From contig CAYXMM010000005.1 in assembly GCA_964465945.1 (NCBI GenBank), positions 30,703-94,702 of the forward strand: a DNA stretch of 64,000 bases. The letters run 5' to 3'. The notes below the pieces were generated by a model, which saw nothing but the letters and a program-made list of their open reading frames with translations, did not search any database and was not told the origin of the DNA. Of the stretch, positions 11,101 to 21,047 are shown piece by piece (the stretch's first letter is position 1; every line of letters starts with the position of its first letter). Source of the stretch: an uncultured Hyphomicrobiales bacterium (GTDB lineage: Bacteria; Bacteroidota; Ignavibacteria; Kapaibacteriales; UBA2268). The translations under genes were made by a program, and so were the position numbers.

Positions 11101-13687
11101 ATTCTTGTATTTTATCATCTAATATTTGATAGGTTTTAACTAACTCACCATTTTCACCCTTTACAACCCCTGTAGCTTGAACTGCGTCAGGAGCGATTGA
11201 TTTTATTTTATCACCGATAGCCGAACGTTGAATTTCTGTTTCTGCATTTTTATAAGATGCAACAAGTTCATCTAATGACTCTGCACCTTTTAGTTTCTCA
11301 TTTACTTTTGTTGATTCTGAAATTACATCACCTAGATTTTTATCTCGAATCACTTTGCCAGCATCGTCCATCATTTTAGCAACATCTTCTTCGGTTTTAC
11401 CAGTCCCTTTTAAACTTGCTTGGATTTCAATTTTTTGCTCTTTGGTTAATTGACTAACATCAGTTACTCCACTTATAGCTAAATCATTTATAACTTTACT
11501 AAGTTTTTCATTTGCTTGCTTGGATTTTTCAGTAAGTTCTTTTTCTCTTGTGTTAGTTAAATCTTGCGCTTGTTTTGCTAATGCTTGACGAGTTTCAGGA
11601 GGTATTTCTTCAAACATAGGATTATTCCAAAGTGCAGTATTAAATGCAAGCAAAGCTCTTTTTGCTTCTTCTGGATTAGCTGCGTCTTTGATTGAATTAA
11701 CATAATCTTCAACTACCTTAGTTTGTTTAATATTATTTAGTCCAAGTAGGTCATCTATCTCTTCGAGAACATTTTCTTTCAATGAATCCGCAGAAACTTC
11801 AGTCTCTAATTCAACCCTTTTAATTGTCGCTACCTTTGCTTGTTGGTCTAAATCTGACATGCTTTTTTGTAACTCTTTTATCTTTGTGCTATTTTTTTCT
11901 GATTCTTGATTTAAAGACTTCATATTCTCTTCAAACGATTTAGTCGAACTTATTGCTCCTGGATAAACTTCATTTAATTGAGTTATGGTATCTTTCAATT
12001 TCTTTTGTTCGTTTGCTGTTAAGCTCGATTTTGAACCAAGTTTTTCATATTGGTCGATTAATGCTTGTTTAGACTTGATTGAATTTTGTTCTGCTTCATT
12101 AACTTTCTTTTGACCTGCAATCATCTCTTCATCGGCTTTTGCACTTGCAAGTTTCTCTTCGTTTGTTTCAACGAGATAATCACCTAAAAAGTATAATGCA
12201 GTTCCAACCGCAGCTATTCCTGCTATAACTAAGCCTACTGGACCTAACGCAGCTGCCCACATTGCTGAAAAGCTTATACTTGTAGCACCAGAAGTTGCCG
12301 ATGTAACAATTAACGAAGGTATTAACTTACTAATAATACTTTTTGAAAAATCTGCAACTGCCTTTCCAGAACCTGATGGAATAATCGCTGCGACTCCACC
12401 AAGACCAGCTAATGCAGGACCAATTTGATTTAACGATTGAACTGCTGTAATTGCCCCATTACCAAGAGAACTGAAAGCACTTGAAAATACTGCTTGAACT
12501 TTATTAGTAATAATCTTACTTTGAACTTCAATCCCAGCAGAAGCGACTCCGAAAGCATAATCCGTAGAACCTATTGAACCCGCCACTGCTTCAAAATCTT
12601 CTGCTGCCATTTGTGCGTTTTTACCAGAAAGTAACATTACAGCACCCGCTGCTTCGACCGAAGAGAATACCTGCGTTGCTGATTTACCTGTCATTTTTAA
12701 AGCTTCACCAACTTTTCTCATTGATTCTTGCAAACCTTCCCTTTTAAGAGAATCTAACGATACTCCTGCTTTTTGTAATATTGGAGCTAATGTTGCTCCT
12801 GGTTTTGCAAGTTCAACTAATGCTGACCTTATTTGTGTTGTTGCTTGTGCAGTTGGTGTTCCTTGTTTAGTCATTGTTGCTATTGCTGCTGATACTTGGT
12901 CGAAACTAACACCAAAAGCAGCTGCTGTTGGAATTACGTTAGCAAGTGAAGCGTTTAACTCTGGTATTGTTGTTTTACCAACATTTACTGCTCCAAAAAA
13001 TAAATCAGCAACTTCGGCAGAACGATCTGCTTCTATTCCGTAAGCATTCATTACTGAGGTTAAACCATTGATTGCATCGCCTGTTGAGGTTAAACCAGCA
13101 GTAGCTAATTTAGACGCTGTTTCAACGAATTTCATTCCACCTGCTACATCAGCAACTCCATCTTTTACTTTAATTGTTCCTGCTGAAATTGCATCATAAA
13201 CCCCACCAGCAATATCCGCAGCTGAATCTGGAACTGTTTGAGATAAATCTAACGCAGCGTCTGCAAATTCTTCAAAGTTTTGAACGCCAAGTGTCCCAAT
13301 ATTTTTAACTTGTTTATCTAGGTCCGCAAATGGCTGAGTGAAAGCACCTAAAGCTGAAGAAAAAGTAGTAAGACTTTGAGTGATTTGATTAAATTGAAAT
13401 GCTTTACCTAATAAGCTAGCTTTACCTTCTGCATTTGTTATAGATTTAGTAAAAGTATCAGTATCAGAACTTGTTTTCTTTACTCCATCAGATATTTGTT
13501 CATATTTTTGCCTAACTTTATCTAGTTCTTTAGCCATTGAATCTCCATCAATCAAATCTAAATTATCACCTAATGCGCCAAGTTTAGACTTCATTTCACG
13601 GATAATAACATTTAACACTTCGGCTAATTTCTGAGGGTTTAACTCAGGATTAAACTGCATTCCAATACTAAAATTCAAATCTGCCAT
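8120..13687 (-). CDS. Tail tape measure protein (1855 aa)
   Basis: Very large; N-terminal Ala/Gly-rich hydrophobic segments followed by a long coiled-coil-rich K/E region, typical TMP architecture; Asn-rich 350-aa C-terminal extension. Confidence 0.75.
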   Translation of the reverse strand: MADLNFSIGMQFNPELNPQKLAEVLNVIIREMKSKLGALGDNLDLIDGDSMAKELDKVRQKYEQISDGVKKTSSDTDTFTKSITNAEGKASLLGKAFQFNQITQSLTTFSSALGAFTQPFADLDKQVKNIGTLGVQNFEEFADAALDLSQTVPDSAADIAGGVYDAISAGTIKVKDGVADVAGGMKFVETASKLATAGLTSTGDAINGLTSVMNAYGIEADRSAEVADLFFGAVNVGKTTIPELNASLANVIPTAAAFGVSFDQVSAAIATMTKQGTPTAQATTQIRSALVELAKPGATLAPILQKAGVSLDSLKREGLQESMRKVGEALKMTGKSATQVFSSVEAAGAVMLLSGKNAQMAAEDFEAVAGSIGSTDYAFGVASAGIEVQSKIITNKVQAVFSSAFSSLGNGAITAVQSLNQIGPALAGLGGVAAIIPSGSGKAVADFSKSIISKLIPSLIVTSATSGATSISFSAMWAAALGPVGLVIAGIAAVGTALYFLGDYLVETNEEKLASAKADEEMIAGQKKVNEAEQNSIKSKQALIDQYEKLGSKSSLTANEQKKLKDTITQLNEVYPGAISSTKSFEENMKSLNQESEKNSTKIKELQKSMSDLDQQAKVATIKRVELETEVSADSLKENVLEEIDDLLGLNNIKQTKVVEDYVNSIKDAANPEEAKRALLAFNTALWNNPMFEEIPPETRQALAKQAQDLTNTREKELTEKSKQANEKLSKVINDLAISGVTDVSQLTKEQKIEIQASLKGTGKTEEDVAKMMDDAGKVIRDKNLGDVISESTKVNEKLKGAESLDELVASYKNAETEIQRSAIGDKIKSIAPDAVQATGVVKGENGELVKTYQILDDKIQESAQKQKELNSAKLDSNQAKYIESIEKEGEKYKENEVKMGELQAKISEKVKMGADTSDLQQEYDTLKGKNDGYLNDIAGMAAKWSSAGLSTEEVFKKIATATGKPIEEVEKLVGAINKSKEAVQGTESAVKSLGDAFSEDLKAAGDKFNSQLQELTGLERKRREAKASGNKKVIKEAEAEYQAQYKLTKEANSQLKTLEKTKKSQEDLFAEKKEKSETAYQIATKAIKQDEVINKNSLEQFKIQQEMNIALEGRKKTTEDDLILKTRQLQSLEAEKKSILENYKIIENSDGTIKIGIKVKKEEQSEVKAKVDEINNKIANENVGVVQLNSTLKLEESEIKKKVEEQNRKSLEYQVEIGLKPRLELANALENDLSNIASEIQSKKDKIEGLNELKISGKITYEQQAELKKLETEVIESENKQFEIKKNIHSQYSTIYDEDYNILKAKHEKELEEVEKRIDNELKLREIITNTTSSIATNGITKEYEENSKELERLKEAELISQGLFNEKKEALELEHQKKLQVIQETSKGEQLFSQRKADMDKLDLERKQLAEELALEQIRAEKTGDTKKLDELNAKMSGVEGKIKEKGDVITFLASNLQGNITEIFSSITGSEEEMKEPWRKAFSVVAGALKQLATSAVTTLILGQLKINAAMGGIATLLLIPAITGIVNAGVNALLNPVLSGLLSFSTGGRVDKPTLAIVGDASEARPGSNSEWILRDDQMRLIMKNVVESFIKEVNQIKEFTSTKDIKKLNEIIINQSMYELSKHKSTENVEVYNELLNNFNKVNGNFFNLIDEVYAKTKINIKEINSGIINEDIKRYIIEEYSINKQHLYNNSVISEKLSNAMSNLNEIKTIFKNESFTFENFNDYITNYNTYSKTKSEYIDNKIPTREYKEIESVVLSKYNSYINNSTPTNLNSVQLGNNNHSILPNDILTSSQFESIINKAIQTSNNNISKKFDKLIDVVNNLDFSISDESIHKSIKRISKSGKKRART

Positions 13688-13839
13688 AAGCCATTACTTC
13701 ATTTTATTAATTAAATTATTTATCTTAAACTCAAAACACTCTATGAAATCGTTAATTTCAAGTTCTAATATTGCATTTCTGCTTAACGGGTCATCATCTG
13801 GGACTAAGAACCATATAATTGGATTATTCTTAATATCTC

Positions 13840-14379
13840 TTACTTCGTCTCGGAAATATTTGAGGGTATAGAATTTTTCCCTTTCGTCCGAGTAATATCT
13901 GATTGGTTCATCGCCATCATCTTGAAGACTTGCGACCTTTCTATTTCGCTCAATCCGTTTAATTGCTTCATTAAGTCGCCTAATCCCTTCGTTAATTCGA
14001 TGTTGATAAGACCCGTATGATAAAAAAAATCCTGTCGAATCTCCATAAGCTTGATAAAATTATCTTTACCTGTAATCTCGTCTAAGAAATCAAATGCAGG
14101 TGGTTTTTGCTCTAAATATTTCTCAAAATCTTCGCTGTCTTTCTTAAATACATTCAAAATTGCTGCGAATGCGTATTTTTGGACTTGTCTTTGTGTAATA
14201 GTTACTACTTCATCTGGTCTAACAGGTAAATTTTCCTCCATCGCTAAGTCGAGTTTGAAGTATTTTATTCCTGCATAGATTTGATTTGCAGTTAGTCTAT
14301 CGAAATTGTATTGATATTTTTTGCCGTTACATTCAAAATCGACAATTAAAAATTTTGGTTGTTGAGTTTCTTCACTCAT
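13840..14379 (-). CDS. Hypothetical tail-associated protein (possible tail assembly chaperone position)
   Basis: 179-aa ORF immediately upstream of the tape measure gene. Confidence 0.3.
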   Translation of the reverse strand: MSEETQQPKFLIVDFECNGKKYQYNFDRLTANQIYAGIKYFKLDLAMEENLPVRPDEVVTITQRQVQKYAFAAILNVFKKDSEDFEKYLEQKPPAFDFLDEITGKDNFIKLMEIRQDFFYHTGLINIELTKGLGDLMKQLNGLSEIERSQVFKMMAMNQSDITRTKGKNSIPSNISETK

Positions 14380-14391
14380 TGCTACCCCTTT

Positions 14392-14886
14392 TTATGAAAA
14401 GTTATTGAAAATTATATTTATATCTGTTATTAAGTCAATTGAAGCAATTACATTAACCTTTATTTCAGTTTCTAAGAATTCATCACTTGTTTTTACTGAT
14501 AAGTTTTCTATTGAAATATTTAAAATTGTTGGGCTAGTTGCAACGAAATTTAATGCGTGTGAAAGGTATCCAGATTCTGTATTTCCAAAGCCAATCCCTA
14601 TTGTATCTACAATTAAAGACCTGCAATGTAATAAGAACTTATCGTAATAATTTTGTACTAATTGGACAGGAGTTACTTCTACAATAATCTCATAAGCAAT
14701 AACATTAAAGCCTCCTAAATCATTAGGTTCTCTTATCTCGTTAAACTCAAAATTAGACCCCTTTTTAAGGTTATCAAATTGGTAAAGATGAGTGTCGCTA
14801 CCATCAATAAATTTTATTGCAAGTGATGTAATTGGTGATAATTTCCATTTTGTATAATCATTTAAGAAATAACTGTAAATCGCCAT
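14392..14886 (-). CDS. Hypothetical tail-associated protein
   Basis: 164-aa ORF in the tail gene run, tightly packed. Confidence 0.3.
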   Translation of the reverse strand: MAIYSYFLNDYTKWKLSPITSLAIKFIDGSDTHLYQFDNLKKGSNFEFNEIREPNDLGGFNVIAYEIIVEVTPVQLVQNYYDKFLLHCRSLIVDTIGIGFGNTESGYLSHALNFVATSPTILNISIENLSVKTSDEFLETEIKVNVIASIDLITDINIIFNNFS

Positions 14887-14887
14887 C

Positions 14888-15259
14888 TTAGTCCTTATAT
14901 TTTGATTTTAAGGTAAATTCACATCTCGGAAGTAATTTGGATTTAGTCGGGAAACTTATATCTTCGTCATCGGTCATTTCAACTTCAAAAAAAGTTGTAT
15001 TGTCGAATGATAATTTTTTAAACCCTGAATTAAAAAAACTCTTTAAATAACTCATTTTAGCAGTTTGGTATAATACATTCGCAGATATTATTATATTATA
15101 AACTTTCCTTTTTGATTTAAGGTGAGATACAATAGTGCCATTTAGAGTATTAGCTACTTCTCGGTCTCTTTCGTATACTTCAATACAGGACATTACACTG
15201 AAATTATCAGCAGTTTCAGTCGTCCAGTTATCGTTGCTATATTTAAGGTAAATATTCAT
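14888..15259 (-). CDS. Hypothetical tail-associated protein
   Basis: 123 aa; start codon overlaps the stop of the upstream 823-aa gene (ATGA-type junction). Confidence 0.3.
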   Translation of the reverse strand: MNIYLKYSNDNWTTETADNFSVMSCIEVYERDREVANTLNGTIVSHLKSKRKVYNIIISANVLYQTAKMSYLKSFFNSGFKKLSFDNTTFFEVEMTDDEDISFPTKSKLLPRCEFTLKSKYKD

Positions 15260-17730
15260 TAGTCGTAATAAAAATGTTCGTTATCAAATAGTTGAAGGGT
15301 ATTACTATTAATTAATTTACCAATAACCTTATTTACACAATTAAGAGTGCTTGCCTTTCGTTTTAATCTATTCGCAGATATATTAATAAGTGACCCGTCT
15401 ACTTTTAAATACAATGTGTCGCCAGCAGTAAATGGAATATCACTTAATATATATTTGCCAGGTGCCTTTATTACCTTAATTAAATTATCCCCACCATCTT
15501 CAAGAGCTAATCCGTAATAAGTATCAAGTTTAGAATGGTCTACAATTGTAACTAACTTATTGTCAGTATTTACAGCAAGTGCTGAATATGCTAAACAGGC
15601 CCCTACAATTTCTTTATATTCAACTGAATCATCATATACATAAGTGTCTTCTTCTCCTAAAAACTCATCGTCATTTTTAGGAATAGACGGATTTTGAATT
15701 TCACTGAATAAAGTATTTTGTTTTAACTTTAAGTTTACTTCTGGTTTAGAGAAATCAATTTCAATAGAATTTATTACATAATCAACACTATTTAGTGTTA
15801 TTTTTTTGCCTAATTTTAGTAATTTTAAACTTGGATTTGAGCCATCAGAATTTTCGCTGAAAGCATTCCAATAAGGGATTGATAAATCTACATCTTGTTT
15901 TGAGAATTTTATATATCTATCTTTAGAAACAGAAAGATAATCTTCTAATAAATCAAATCCGCATTCTGTATTATCTATTTTAACAGCCATTCTACGAATT
16001 GGAGTGAAATAAGCATCTGGTTCGTAAGTTTCTTTAGAAGCAATTTTTACATAAAGTCCAGTATGAACTGAACGGGTATCTGCCATCCAACCATCACCTT
16101 TCATTTGATTCATATTCACAGTGATTGGAGGGTTTGTATCATAAGTATATTTATGAGTTATCTTAATATTATGTGGCAATAAATCGCCATTCCTACAAGG
16201 TGGTCGTAAATAAGTTAAACTTAATTGTGGCGGAATTAACATCGTTCCTCTTTCTGGCTTCATCATAGCCAAAGTAGGACTTATGGACAATAGTAAAGAC
16301 TTGCCAGAGCTTTTATCTTCAGTATATTTATTTTTTCTTGGGGACCCAGATGTTATATGACTTGTAACTTTATAATTTGAATTATCAAAAGCTTTTGAAA
16401 CTCCATATTTATCACGTCCATAAATAATTGCCTTGCTACCATCTTTTCCGAAATGCTCTTCACCAACTCCATAGAAACTCTCTGTTTTATATTCGTCTTT
16501 ATTATTGCTTCCTTGTTCTATGCTTAAATCTAATTTATACTTAGATGCATCTTTAAAATATAAAGCACCAAACGAAGCAAGATAGTCGCCATTTATAAAG
16601 TCTATGTAAATGTCTTCATTAACTTTATCAATTCGGAGAGATAATAGGAAATTAAAATTTTCAGCAAAGGAATAAAAAAAATCTGTAACACTCGAGTCAT
16701 CTCCACCAACCCTAAAGCTGTTTGCTTGACTATCATTATACTCACTTGGATTTGATAAGTTTCTAAAATATTTATAATCCACAAACACTGTTTCATTCTC
16801 ATCTTCTGAAACAGCGTCGGGGTCGAGATAATAATTCTTATAATCAGTTCCATCATCTAAATTGTGATAAACTGGGACATCGGGTTTTGAAGCTGGAGGT
16901 CGACTGTTCCCAGTAACTCCGTTTGAATTATTTTGCCTACCATCTACCCATAATTGCTCTCCCCAGTAAGGATCGACAACACTTGATACTCTCCATCTTG
17001 CTGGTGCATATTTACCTGTAAATTTTACTCTATTGAAATGAACGTTATAAGAGCCACCACCAGCGTTTAAGATGACTTCAATTCTATCACCAATTGCTCG
17101 CATTAATTTATTTAAACTAACTAAATCACAAACATAAGTGTTGAGTTCTTCTGTAACTAAACCGACTGTTTTTGAGTAATTTCTCCACGCTTGTCTATCG
17201 GCTACATTTGCAGTCTTCCAGTCGTTTGGAATATCATCTAATACATCTTTAATTTTAATATCATCTAATAGATTTTCAACTTCTGGTGCGGCGCTATATT
17301 TATAAGTTTTTACAATATCTGAAGACGAGGCATATTCGTCTCTATCCCAATTCACTGCTTCGCTTTGAATATCTGGGTCGATAATTCCAGTAAACAAAAC
17401 ATCACTGCCAACTACTGGGTCGTTAGGATTAAATAAAATCGCACAATAAACTTTAGTAGTTATTGCTGAATTGATAAGATTAAGACAATTTTGTTCGTCC
17501 GTATTTTTTACGAAATAATCGGCTGACATTATGCTTAAATCATCTTGAACTAAGCCACCATTATCATCTTTAAAGTCTTTTTTAAGTTTTTCTAATATAA
17601 AAATATCAACTTCAATAGCAGTAGATTCGTCAACTAATGTATTATAATCATCTGACACAACGAACTTAATAGTATTACTACCAAATCCATCTTCATTTGT
17701 ATAAGTATATGTTTGTTGATATTTTGCCAT
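15259..17730 (-). CDS. Large virion structural protein (823 aa; tail sheath-like or other tail protein)
   Basis: Large ORF following the tube-like gene and preceding the tape measure; no recognisable enzymatic motif. Confidence 0.4.
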   Translation of the reverse strand: MAKYQQTYTYTNEDGFGSNTIKFVVSDDYNTLVDESTAIEVDIFILEKLKKDFKDDNGGLVQDDLSIMSADYFVKNTDEQNCLNLINSAITTKVYCAILFNPNDPVVGSDVLFTGIIDPDIQSEAVNWDRDEYASSSDIVKTYKYSAAPEVENLLDDIKIKDVLDDIPNDWKTANVADRQAWRNYSKTVGLVTEELNTYVCDLVSLNKLMRAIGDRIEVILNAGGGSYNVHFNRVKFTGKYAPARWRVSSVVDPYWGEQLWVDGRQNNSNGVTGNSRPPASKPDVPVYHNLDDGTDYKNYYLDPDAVSEDENETVFVDYKYFRNLSNPSEYNDSQANSFRVGGDDSSVTDFFYSFAENFNFLLSLRIDKVNEDIYIDFINGDYLASFGALYFKDASKYKLDLSIEQGSNNKDEYKTESFYGVGEEHFGKDGSKAIIYGRDKYGVSKAFDNSNYKVTSHITSGSPRKNKYTEDKSSGKSLLLSISPTLAMMKPERGTMLIPPQLSLTYLRPPCRNGDLLPHNIKITHKYTYDTNPPITVNMNQMKGDGWMADTRSVHTGLYVKIASKETYEPDAYFTPIRRMAVKIDNTECGFDLLEDYLSVSKDRYIKFSKQDVDLSIPYWNAFSENSDGSNPSLKLLKLGKKITLNSVDYVINSIEIDFSKPEVNLKLKQNTLFSEIQNPSIPKNDDEFLGEEDTYVYDDSVEYKEIVGACLAYSALAVNTDNKLVTIVDHSKLDTYYGLALEDGGDNLIKVIKAPGKYILSDIPFTAGDTLYLKVDGSLINISANRLKRKASTLNCVNKVIGKLINSNTLQLFDNEHFYYD

Positions 17731-17785
17731 TTATTAGATAATTCTTAAAATGTGGAACTAAAACCGATATTATACTCACATCCTA

Positions 17786-17821
17786 AAAACGTGGTATAAA
17801 AGGGGTGTTTTATCCACGTTC
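17786..17821 (-). terminator. Imperfect inverted repeat (putative attenuator/terminator) between the tube-like gene and the 823-aa gene
   Basis: aaaacgtggtataaaa-ggggtg-ttttatccacgtt; on the coding (minus) strand the stem is followed by TTT. Confidence 0.3.
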
Positions 17822-17853
17822 TCAGAATGCAAGGCAATAATTAATAACTATTA

Positions 17854-18510
17854 TTAGGTAGTTACAATTTTAGCAAAATTACCTGTTAATAATTTTGTTA
17901 AGTCTCCTGCTACAATAGCAGTGATGTCAACAGCATCGCCTATTACTGGTGTAATATTTGAGGTAGTTACAGCAGTGTTATACTCTGCAAAAGTCAGAGT
18001 CACCCCTGAATCTACTGTGATTGGCTTGCCAACAAATTCATTTTCAATCTTCATCATTCCATTTTCAGAAGTGAATTCAATATCGCCAGACAATACTGCA
18101 ACTAAGTGGTATTCATAAACGATTGTTTCAGTAATATCTTCAAGAAATACAATAACAGCACTTACTCTACCGATTAAATCTTCAATTGCTTGTTGTTGTG
18201 CTGGGCTTATATATGCCTTAAATTTAATTTTTGGTTGACTTGTGCCACCTGATAACACTTCTGTGTTTGTTAATGCATCGAATATTTTTGCATTTTTAGC
18301 GTAACGAAGTGTAATATCACCGCCAATTTCATTAGAGTGATATTCAACCGAAGCTTCGTCTTTACCAGGGAATGTTACGCCCGATACGACTACATTAACT
18401 AAGTCGATTACAGTTCCGAACCCAGTTACTGGGGCAACTTTATTGTTTGCATCTGTTGTTGTGAAAGGGGCAATTCTCATAAACCCTTTAAATCCTTTTC
18501 CTAATGCCAT
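17854..18510 (-). CDS. Putative major tail (tube) protein
   Basis: 218 aa, Thr/Val/Gly-rich beta-type composition, positioned before the large tail protein. Confidence 0.35.
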   Translation of the reverse strand: MALGKGFKGFMRIAPFTTTDANNKVAPVTGFGTVIDLVNVVVSGVTFPGKDEASVEYHSNEIGGDITLRYAKNAKIFDALTNTEVLSGGTSQPKIKFKAYISPAQQQAIEDLIGRVSAVIVFLEDITETIVYEYHLVAVLSGDIEFTSENGMMKIENEFVGKPITVDSGVTLTFAEYNTAVTTSNITPVIGDAVDITAIVAGDLTKLLTGNFAKIVTT

Positions 18511-18534
18511 TTTACTTCTCCTTTTTAATAAAAA

Positions 18535-18972
18535 TTATATTTTACATTTTACGCCATATAATAGGGCTTCCCATTTTGAGTTTCTGGTGAACCCATCTTG
18601 TATTTCTATTACAATTTCTTCTGTGGTATTATCCGCCCACCAGTCATAAGTAACTGGCGACATCGCCCAACTTGTTTCTGCATAATCAGTTCCTCTAACA
18701 TTCTTTAATTGTACTGTATTGTTAGTATTATCTCTTCTGAATATTGCACTACCAGTAAATGATACGACTTCACGATTTGTAGTATTCATTCCAACAAGTA
18801 ACATATTAAACATAAGAACTGAATCAGCTTCCATATTTATATTATTACCGTCTGGCAATTTTATTTTTACAAAACCACCACCGACAATAGTCGCAGATAG
18901 ATTCTGTAAGAACATTTTCTCATTTGCTCTTGTGTTCCCGTCGGCTCTATATAACAAACCTTCAAAATTCAT
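18535..18972 (-). CDS. Hypothetical virion protein
   Basis: 145-aa ORF in the structural run. Confidence 0.3.
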   Translation of the reverse strand: MNFEGLLYRADGNTRANEKMFLQNLSATIVGGGFVKIKLPDGNNINMEADSVLMFNMLLVGMNTTNREVVSFTGSAIFRRDNTNNTVQLKNVRGTDYAETSWAMSPVTYDWWADNTTEEIVIEIQDGFTRNSKWEALLYGVKCKI

Positions 18973-19328
18973 TAGCTAATGATAGCATCTATTGACAAAT
19001 CTATTGAAGTAACGCTATTTAGAGTAACTTCAACATTAAATCCTGCTACAATAATTCCGCTCATATCAATCGTCAGAGCATCATTAACATTACTTGCAGT
19101 ATTAATAACCGCAGTATGTTCGAGAGTTTTTACATTCTCTAATGTAGAATATACCTTAATTGTAGCATCAGCAGTTCCTACAACATTCTGCCATTGGACC
19201 TGCAAAGCCCAGTTATTAATAGGGTTTCTATCTTGGAACTCGTCAAGATTATCAAAGAACTCTTTATTTCCATTCACCCATTTTGAAGAGAAATCATCTG
19301 TTAATGTTGAATTAGCAAGTATAATCAT
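18972..19328 (-). CDS. Hypothetical virion protein
   Basis: 118-aa ORF, start overlaps stop of the upstream gene. Confidence 0.3.
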   Translation of the reverse strand: MIILANSTLTDDFSSKWVNGNKEFFDNLDEFQDRNPINNWALQVQWQNVVGTADATIKVYSTLENVKTLEHTAVINTASNVNDALTIDMSGIIVAGFNVEVTLNSVTSIDLSIDAIIS

Positions 19329-19345
19329 TTTAACCTCTTATTTAG

Positions 19346-19418
19346 TGGCAGGGGCACGACTCGAACGTGCGACCTCTGGCTTATGAAACCAGCGAGCTAC
19401 CAACTGCTCTACCCCGCT
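19346..19418 (-). tRNA. Phage-encoded tRNA-Met (anticodon CAU) inside the tail gene run
   Basis: Reverse complement gives AGCGGGG-TA-GAGC-AGTTGGTA-GCTC-G-CTGGT-TTCATAA-GCCAG-AGGTC-GCACG-TTCGAGT-CGTGC-CCCTGCC-A: canonical D, anticodon (U33-CAT-A37) and T arms; 1-72 pair is an A-C mismatch; no encoded CCA. Confidence 0.65.
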
Positions 19419-19821
19419 GTAATTTTTCATAAACTCCTTGCGGAGTGTAATACTTAAAATCTGCATCTATAACATACATACAAGCATTAACGCAATTAAA
19501 TCTATTGTATGACTTAATACCAGCCCACCCTAAGAAGATTGAAAGCCAGTCGTATCGATGCCTATGGTTAATCAAGTCAAATGCACGGTCTAAATACTCA
19601 TCTCTTTCTCTGTCTATTTCGCTGTCTATATTCAAAAAGTCCCAACGTTCAGGTTTATATTCAATTTTCTTGAATCTAACACCACCATCGCGTGGGCTTG
19701 AACTTAAACTAGACCCACTATCAAATATTAACTCAATATGACTATATTTTGAATTAGTTAATTTAGCAATTAACCAATCTTTCCAGTTTCCAAATTCATA
19801 TTTATAAAATGCTAATTTCAT
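19381..19821 (-). CDS. Hypothetical protein; 3' end reads into the tRNA-Met gene, so the true stop may lie upstream
   Basis: 146-aa ORF; last ~12 codons overlap the tRNA. Confidence 0.3.
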   Translation of the reverse strand: MKLAFYKYEFGNWKDWLIAKLTNSKYSHIELIFDSGSSLSSSPRDGGVRFKKIEYKPERWDFLNIDSEIDRERDEYLDRAFDLINHRHRYDWLSIFLGWAGIKSYNRFNCVNACMYVIDADFKYYTPQGVYEKLQRGRAVGSSLVS

Positions 19822-20354
19822 TCTTCTTCTGTTGGGTATTCTAAGTTGATTAAATTTAATGCTTCAATCGTTTCTGCTTTTTCAATCTCATTCATTATGT
19901 CAGAATACCATTCTTTTCTCGGTGCTAAATACCCACTAAATTCAGCGCCAAAAGCCCATAACTGATTTTTAGTAAATTGTCTTTGTGTCTTTGTTCTGTC
20001 CGAAATTTTAAATATATCACCACCTTCAAACTCATATCTGTTTTTTTGCAATAAAATGTTATTCATCGTATTTTCATCGTAATTAAACACAAATCCATTA
20101 TACGCGCATCCGTCTTTAATCAATAAATAGAAATTATTTTTTACTGTTTCTGTAGCAATTCCTTTTAAATACTCCAAAGTAGGAGGTGTGATAGTGCCTT
20201 CAAGCACATAATCTTCATTAAAATGACCTGCACTAATCATTTCATTTGCACGTTGAATTTGTTCTTCATTTAATATTACAAATCTATCCGTCTCTGAACC
20301 GATTTGATTGGGATTCATATTTATAAATTGCTTGCTTATTTTATCATATATCAT
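19818..20354 (-). CDS. Hypothetical virion protein
   Basis: 178-aa ORF. Confidence 0.3.
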   Translation of the reverse strand: MIYDKISKQFINMNPNQIGSETDRFVILNEEQIQRANEMISAGHFNEDYVLEGTITPPTLEYLKGIATETVKNNFYLLIKDGCAYNGFVFNYDENTMNNILLQKNRYEFEGGDIFKISDRTKTQRQFTKNQLWAFGAEFSGYLAPRKEWYSDIMNEIEKAETIEALNLINLEYPTEEE

Positions 20355-20369
20355 TTTATTATTCCTTTT

Positions 20370-21047
20370 TTACGATGCTAATCGCCCTTTTCCAATATTT
20401 AATACTTTTATTTGTGCTAAACTTAAATTTTTGTCATAAATTTTAAAATTATTTAATTTAGCTGTCATACCAGAGGTACTCGCGAATGAAGTGTTGCCTA
20501 TCCGCAATGAATTAAGCCCCGTGGTAGGTGTTACTTTTGCATTTTTATCACTACCTGAGCTTAAAGCCGAAAGGGTACTATTTTTATACATTTCCACCGA
20601 TACTTGAGTCGCATCAAAATCTTTTGTTGTAGCAACTATAAACATCCAAGTTCCCGTGGTGGCTGTATTATTATATACTCCGCCTGTGCCTGAAGCGCTT
20701 ATCAAATTTGCTGAATTTGTACTTGTGATATAATGCTGAAATCCTATTGTCGCTCCGCTATTGTAAGCAGATACAATATTATTAGCGCTTGCATTAAGTG
20801 ACGATATATTTATAAAAAATGAAATTGTCGAAGCACTATTACGATAGATAGCTACTTGTTCCGCTACAGCTGAACTAAATGAAATATAGTCATTTCTACT
20901 ATCAAAGTCAGCCGCCATATTACTACGCCCAAATTCATCAGCTGTAAAAGTCACTCCTGAGTTTGTCCCAGAGTTTTGTCCAGTTCCGCTATCAGTTATA
21001 TTCCCATTCAGTTTTAAGTTCAAATATGGTCTTTTTGTTATAAACAT
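20370..21047 (-). CDS. Ser/Thr/Asn-rich fibre or receptor-binding-like protein (possible lectin/LamG-like fold)
   Basis: 225 aa, low-complexity S/T/N/G-rich beta-type composition typical of tail fibre tips. Confidence 0.3.
   Translation of the reverse strand: MFITKRPYLNLKLNGNITDSGTGQNSGTNSGVTFTADEFGRSNMAADFDSRNDYISFSSAVAEQVAIYRNSASTISFFINISSLNASANNIVSAYNSGATIGFQHYITSTNSANLISASGTGGVYNNTATTGTWMFIVATTKDFDATQVSVEMYKNSTLSALSSGSDKNAKVTPTTGLNSLRIGNTSFASTSGMTAKLNNFKIYDKNLSLAQIKVLNIGKGRLAS

Noticed and set aside
18979-19386. 135-aa plus-strand ORF
   Set aside because: Antisense to two structural genes and runs through the tRNA-Met gene; an artefact of AT-rich sequence.
19346-19418. Possibility that the tRNA-Met is a second attachment site marking a nested integrated element
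   Set aside because: No nearby integrase and no flanking direct repeat of its 3' end within the prophage; kept as a phage-encoded tRNA.
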